Below are positions 34,133 through 39,411 of a stretch of 39,411 bases of DNA, piece by piece. Made by a program: the position numbers and the translations under genes. The first letter of the stretch is position 1. The number at the start of each line of letters is the position of its first letter. The DNA is from Malacoraja senta (Eukaryota), in assembly GCA_038087875.1 (NCBI GenBank), contig JAXLNO010002288.1:24590-64000 (forward strand), given 5' to 3'. Below the pieces are notes generated by a model. The model did no database searches. It saw only the letters and a list, made by a program, of their open reading frames with translations, and was not told the origin of the DNA.

Positions 34133-35035
34133 ATACAATCACAATAATACTTTATTGGCCAAGTATGTTTTGCAACATACGAGGAATTTCATTTGCCTAG
34201 TCAGTCATACAAATAAAAAGTAACGGAACACATAAGATGCATTTTAACATAAACATCCACCACAGTGACTCCTCCACATTCCTCATTGTGATGGAAGGCG
34301 AAAAAAAGTTCAATCTCTTCCCTTCTTTGACAATAGACAATAGACAATAGGTGCAGGAGTAGGCCATTCGGCCCTTCGAGCCAGCACCGCCATTTAATGT
34401 GATCATGGCTGATCAGTACCCCGTTCCTGCCTTCTCCCCATATCCCCTGACTCCGCTATTTTTAAGAGCCCTATCTAGCTCTCTCTTGAAAGCATCCAGA
34501 GAACCTGCCTCCTCCGCCCTCTGAGGCAGAGAATTCCACAGACTCACACCTCTTTGTGAGAAAAAGTGTTTCCTCGTCTCCGTTCTAAATGGCTTGCTCC
34601 TTATTCTTAAACTGTGGCCCCTGGTTCTGGACTCCCCCAGCATCAGGAACATGTTTCCTGCCTCTAGCGTGTCCAAACCCTTAACAATCTTATATGTTTC
34701 AATGAGATACCCTCTCATCCTTCTAAACTCCAGAGTGTACAAGCCCAGCCGCTCCATTCTCTCAGCATATGACTGTCCCGCCATCCCGGGAATCAACCTT
34801 GTAAACCTACGCTGCACTCCCTCAATAGCAAGAATTGCTCTCCCACGGTCGGGGGCCTCGAGCCCTCCGTTGACGGGATGATCTTGACTCTCGTAGACGC
34901 CGGCGTTTGGGCCCTCTACATTGGGGCGATCAGCTCCTGCATCAGGGGGAATGTCAGCTCCCCCACGTCAGCATCGAAGCCCGGGTCAGGGCTGGTTGAG
35001 CCTCTGCGTCGTTGGAGCCTCCCGACTCGCCCTCA
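34133..35035 (-). mobile_element. Family X element split by CR1 insertion
   Basis: 34133-34328 and 34835-35035 rejoin as CCCTTCTT|TGCTCTCCCACGGTCGGGGG, matching the 2161-2200 copy. Confidence 0.7.
34329..34834 (-). mobile_element. CR1/HER1 LINE 3' fragment, young, nested in an unclassified element
   Basis: 134-aa open CR1 ORF2 C-terminus (34413-34817); (TATTGTC)3 tail. Confidence 0.88.
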
Positions 35036-35277
35036 CAATACTGTGGTGGCATGGTTACCAAATCGAGTAATTTTTGTTTTTTTTAGTTTCCAATTTTGTG
35101 AAAGAAATTGACTTAGGGACGTCTGTAAAAATGGAATCCATCCATAACCCGAGGGTGGCCTGCAAAACGGGGAACTGGAGTAAATGAAGCTGTGTGGGAA
35201 ATGCCATTTGGAATCACCATGAAGAGTGTGCTTTGTTAGCAGTGCCAGCAACCACTGATCCCATTCTAAACAACATT

Positions 35278-35590
35278 ATGGTGGCGTTAGAGCTACTGCC
35301 TTACAGCGCCAGAAACTGGGTTCGATCCTGACCACGGGTGCTGTCTGTACGGAGTTTGTCTGTTCTCCCTATAACCAGCGTGGTTTTTTTTCCAAGATCT
35401 CCGGTTTCCTCCCACACTTCAAAGACGTACAAGTTTGTAGGTTAATTGCCTTGGTATGAATATGTTTACAATGTAAAAATTGTTCCTAGTGTGTGTACGG
35501 TGGTGTTGATGTACAGGGATCGCTGGTCGTTGCAGATTTGGTGGGCTGAAGGGCCTGTTTCTGTGATGTTTCTCTAAACTAAACTAAAGT
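35278..35590 (+). mobile_element. HE1-like SINE
   Basis: GGTTCGATCC B box, V-domain, CTCTAAACTAAACTAAA tail. Confidence 0.8.
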
Positions 35591-35722
35591 CATTTGAAAA
35601 CAACACTATTATTTAATGGTTCATTATCTTTTTGTCTCTCCGCCATAGAAAGAGATTTGTCTATTATTTTGGATACGCCTTTCAGTTTCCTAATTGGTTT
35701 TGTGTTCAATTGTATTCATCAG

Positions 35723-35825
35723 GGGGAAGGAGTGTGGTCACGACGTTGACCTTCTCATAACCCACCCAGACGAAGGCAAAGAGGAGGGTATTATTTACCA
35801 AGTGGTTAATTGGATGACCACCAAG
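35723..35825 (+). CDS. POLM: POLM coding exon 8 (catalytic GHDVD)
   Basis: (R)GKECGHDVDLLITHPDEGKEEGIIYQVVNWMTTK; His and two catalytic Asp intact; LITHP is Pol mu-type; donor AAG|GTAGGA; 103 nt. Confidence 0.95.
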
Positions 35826-36199
35826 GTAGGACTGGTAGATTTGTACTAACATTGGCAATGACCAGTGGATAATTGAAAGTTCAACCACCTTGACCTGGAA
35901 GCATATCCAAACTATTCTTTAGCCACATCCAAGGGAGTGAGATCCAATCTTTGCTTGAAATGTTAATAATCCCAAAGCTTGTGAAGAGCATGCTGCGAAA
36001 TACACTGTAAATTTAGAGTCTGTTTAGGTCTATTATTGTCATGTGTACAGAGGTACAGTGAATAGCTTTGTTTTGTATGCTGTCCAATTAAATCTGAATA
36101 TCATCAAATACCTAGAGTAAAGGGGAAGATACAGAGTGCAAAATACAGTTCTCGGCATTGTAGTGCACCAGTTCCTGAGATAAAGTCCAATGTCCGCAA

Positions 36200-36635
36200 T
36201 GAGGTAGAACTACTGCCTTACAGCTCCAGAGACCTGGGTTTGATCCTGACTATGGGTGCTTGTCTGTACGGAGTTTGTACATTCGCCCTGTGGCCAGCAG
36301 GCTTAGTTGGGGATTAATTTGTGCAAAATTATCTTAGTTTAGTTTATTAGTTTAGTTAGGAGATACAATGTAGAAATTGGCCCTTCGGCCCACCGCCTCC
36401 GTGCCGACCAATGATCACCCATACACTTGTTCTATCCTACACACTAGGGACAATTTTTAAAAGCTAATTAACCTACAAACATGCATGTTTGGAATGTGGA
36501 AGGAAACCGGAGTTTCCGGAGAAAACCTACGCGGTCACACGGAGAACGTACAGACTCCGTACAGACAGCACCCGTGGTCAGGATTGAACCGGGGTTACCG
36601 GAGCTGTGAGACAGCAACTCTACTGCTGCACCCCT
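36200..36635. mobile_element. Two HE1-like SINE pieces in opposite orientation
   Basis: + head at ~36200-36290; - copy at ~36335-36635. Confidence 0.7.
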
Positions 36636-36779
36636 GTGCTGCCCTTCTTCAGATTTGTCCCAGTGTATTTTTGCTAATTTTTAAAATGTCCTTGATTGTA
36701 ATTTAATCTATTCTGGATAATATTGCTTTGTCTTTATTCCACCATTTTGGAAGAAGTTATCCAACAAATCTTAGCAGGG

Positions 36780-36980
36780 GGTGATGAGTGTATGGAAGGA
36801 GGTGCCAGAGGAGGTAGTTGAGGCAGGTACTATCACATTTAAAAGACATTTGGAGAAGGTATATGGATAGAAAAAGTTTAGATGGATATGGGAAGGTGGG
36901 ACTACTGTAGATGGGGCATCCTGGTCAACATGGACAGGTTGGGCTGAAGGGCCTATTTCTGTGCTGTGTGACTATGACTT
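36780..36980 (+). mobile_element. CR1 LINE 3' fragment
   Basis: GCCAGAGGAGGTAGTTGAGGCAGG...GGGCTGAAGGGCC tail. Confidence 0.7.
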
Positions 36981-37230
36981 TAACATAACTGATTGATGTT
37001 AGGATAGTTGTAAGGCGCACATGCTTTTGGTTTTCCACAAACTTTATTCCCAATTTCTGTCCTCACCTCGCTGCCCCCTTTCTTGTGCTGAATTAGTGTA
37101 GGTGAAACCTAGTTTAATCATAACCTTCACTCCAAACACCCTCTTTCTATTTCTCAATACTTATATTCACCTCCATAACATTACTGACTGCCATGTCTAT
37201 CCCATGTCTATCCAGCAAGGTCTCTTATCT

Positions 37231-37379
37231 TTAAGAAAGAACTGCAGATGCTGGTAAAATCGAAGGTAGACAAAAAGCTGACTCAGTCTGAAGAAGGGTC
37301 TCGACCCGAATCGTCACCCATTCCTTTGCTCCTTAGATGCTGCCTCATCCGCTGAGTTTCTCCAGCTTTTTGTCTACCT
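37231..37379. repeat. Penelope pLTR-derived fold-back insertion with TSD
   Basis: AAGGTCTCTTATCT at 37217-37230 and 37380-37393. Confidence 0.75.
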
Positions 37380-37931
37380 AAGGTCTCTTATCTGTGCTTT
37401 TGTTATCTTTAGACTTGATATTTTTCACTTACTGGTCCATACTTAACATCCTAATCAAGCTCCAAACAGTTTAAAACATGGCGGTCAGAATTCCAACCTT
37501 GCTGATCATCACTGGTGACCTGCACCTTCCTCTGATCTCTCGAAGCATTTAAGAGTAAAACTTGCATCATCTCAGCAACCTTCTGCAACAATGTTCCCCC
37601 TGATTCTGTAGTCCTCTGACTCAATTTGTGCCTCACTTTTAGTAATGGTGTCAAACCCTGCAAAACCTCTTGATTTTAATGTTTCGTGTATACTTTTTCC
37701 CCCATCTATCTTCATGTTAAGATTTGTTTAAGTAAATTTGAAGGAATAGGTTGCATAGCAAAGTTAATAATGAAAGTCTTGTAGAATTATTAACACAGCT
37801 TAAGAAGTATTGTTGCTGAATCTTGTTCACCCTAACAGCCAGATTCTTAATGAAAGTTATCAACAAGTCAGATATTTCTCACGGTGACAACCACCTGAGA
37901 GGAGAGAGAATCTGACACGCTTTTACCTTAA

Positions 37932-38354
<423 letters not shown>

Positions 38355-38459
38355 TGAATTAGATTGATCAGAGGGTCAGGTGGCATCTCTGGAGAACATG
38401 GAGAGAGGATGTTTCCGTTCGGGGCCCATCTTAAATGAAATGAGATCCTTCTGAAATGA

Positions 38460-38668
38460 AGATAGACACAAAATGCTGGAGTAACTCAACGGGACAGGCA
38501 GCATCTCTGGAGAGAAGGAATGGGTGACATTTCGGGTCGAGACCTTCTTCAGACGTCTCGCCCCGAAACGTCACCCATTCCTTCTCCATAGATGCTGCCT
38601 GTCCCACTGAGTTACTCCAGCATTTTGTGTCTATCTTTGATTTAAACCAGCATCTGCAGTTCTTTCCG
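38460..38668. repeat. Penelope pLTR-derived fold-back repeat
   Basis: Arm 38460-38553 inverted at ~38555-38637 followed by CAGCATCTGCAGTTC tail. Similar units at ~2875-3080, 8145-8330, 22670-22830. Confidence 0.7.
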
Positions 38669-38977
38669 ACACATTAAGTAGCAATGTTACAAAATTTTGA
38701 GATTTTAAAAATAAAGTCTGCAATTTATCCCATCAGATAAAGCATAAAAAGAAGTTTAATTTGACACCTAATTCACTTTCATATCTTCAGTATTAACAAA
38801 GTTATGGCCATTTTCATACTCGGATATTAGCATTTTGTTCCCTATTGCTTTTCCATTGACTTAACACAAAAGCTGTCATCGAGGACAGTCAAAAGCCCAT
38901 AACTTTCTTAAAAATTAAGAGAACTGAAAGAAATTTTCAGTTATTATAGATTGAAGCATTCTGAAACAAATATGAAA

Positions 38978-39268
38978 CAATTCAATTCAATTCAATTCAA
39001 TTCAACTTTAATGTCATTGCACAAATACTGAGTATGTGTACAACGAAATGCAGTTTTGCGTCAGTCCGTAGTAGTAGTGCAATATAGAAATAAAAAAAAA
39101 AAAGAGGATACAGAATAATCAAAAATACAGAATAATTAACAATGGGGACGGAGGGACCGGAGGAATCTATCGGCGGGACTCCGAGTTCAGCAATGCGACG
39201 GTATAATTGTAGAAGCTGTTCCTCATCCTACTGGTACGAGACCTGAGGCTCCTGTACCGCCTCCCTTA
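38978..39268 (-). mobile_element. Rex1/Babar LINE 3' fragment
   Basis: Minus-strand GRRYRSLRSRTSRMRNSFY...* then ATTAAAG and (TTGAA)5 tail. Confidence 0.75.
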
Positions 39269-39411
39269 CTTAGATGACATGAAATTAAAGCATATAATTA
39301 GTTAGTTACCTAATTGTAGCTAATTACAAAATTCAATTACTAGATCTAAACATCTATCAATTTCTTAAGAATAGATTAACATTTTTAAATAGCCTAAGTG
39401 TCCAAATAACA

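Noticed and set aside
38671-39411. AT-rich block flanking the Rex1 fragment as POLM exon 10 or a DNA transposon
   Set aside because: No FERELRR-like coding found; looks repeat-like but no TIR or TSD visible in window, so left unassigned.

Overview
Vertebrate genomic DNA, almost certainly a cartilaginous fish (skate/ray-type repeats: HE1-like V-SINEs, HER1/CR1 LINEs). The window holds the first nine coding exons of DNA polymerase mu (POLM) on the + strand (7026-38285, 473 codons, all introns GT-AG and phase-compatible); the last ~55 aa lie beyond the window. A two-part CpG island at ~4.9-6.15 kb looks like a bidirectional promoter with candidate first exons of an unidentified minus-strand transcript. 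Introns are packed with mobile elements: a young 5'-truncated L1 with an intact ~915-codon frame and 13-bp TSD, many CR1/HER1 fragments, about ten HE1-like SINEs, Penelope-like (GIY-YIG) fragments, hAT and PIF/Harbinger MITEs, Rex1/Babar-like ends and unclassified repeats. Highlights: (i) Penelope-derived ~130-bp repeats carry minimal hammerhead-ribozyme cores (at least three intact), also as fold-backs and a 40-nt tandem array; (ii) this Pol mu has TdT-like residues, including Lys at the human Arg387 'brake' position; (iii) a 102-nt in-frame GT-AG exitron candidate in an enlarged Loop 2; (iv) a teleost-looking tRNA SINE. Family names and human residue numbers are from recalled reference sequences, not database searches; most repeat boundaries are approximate.
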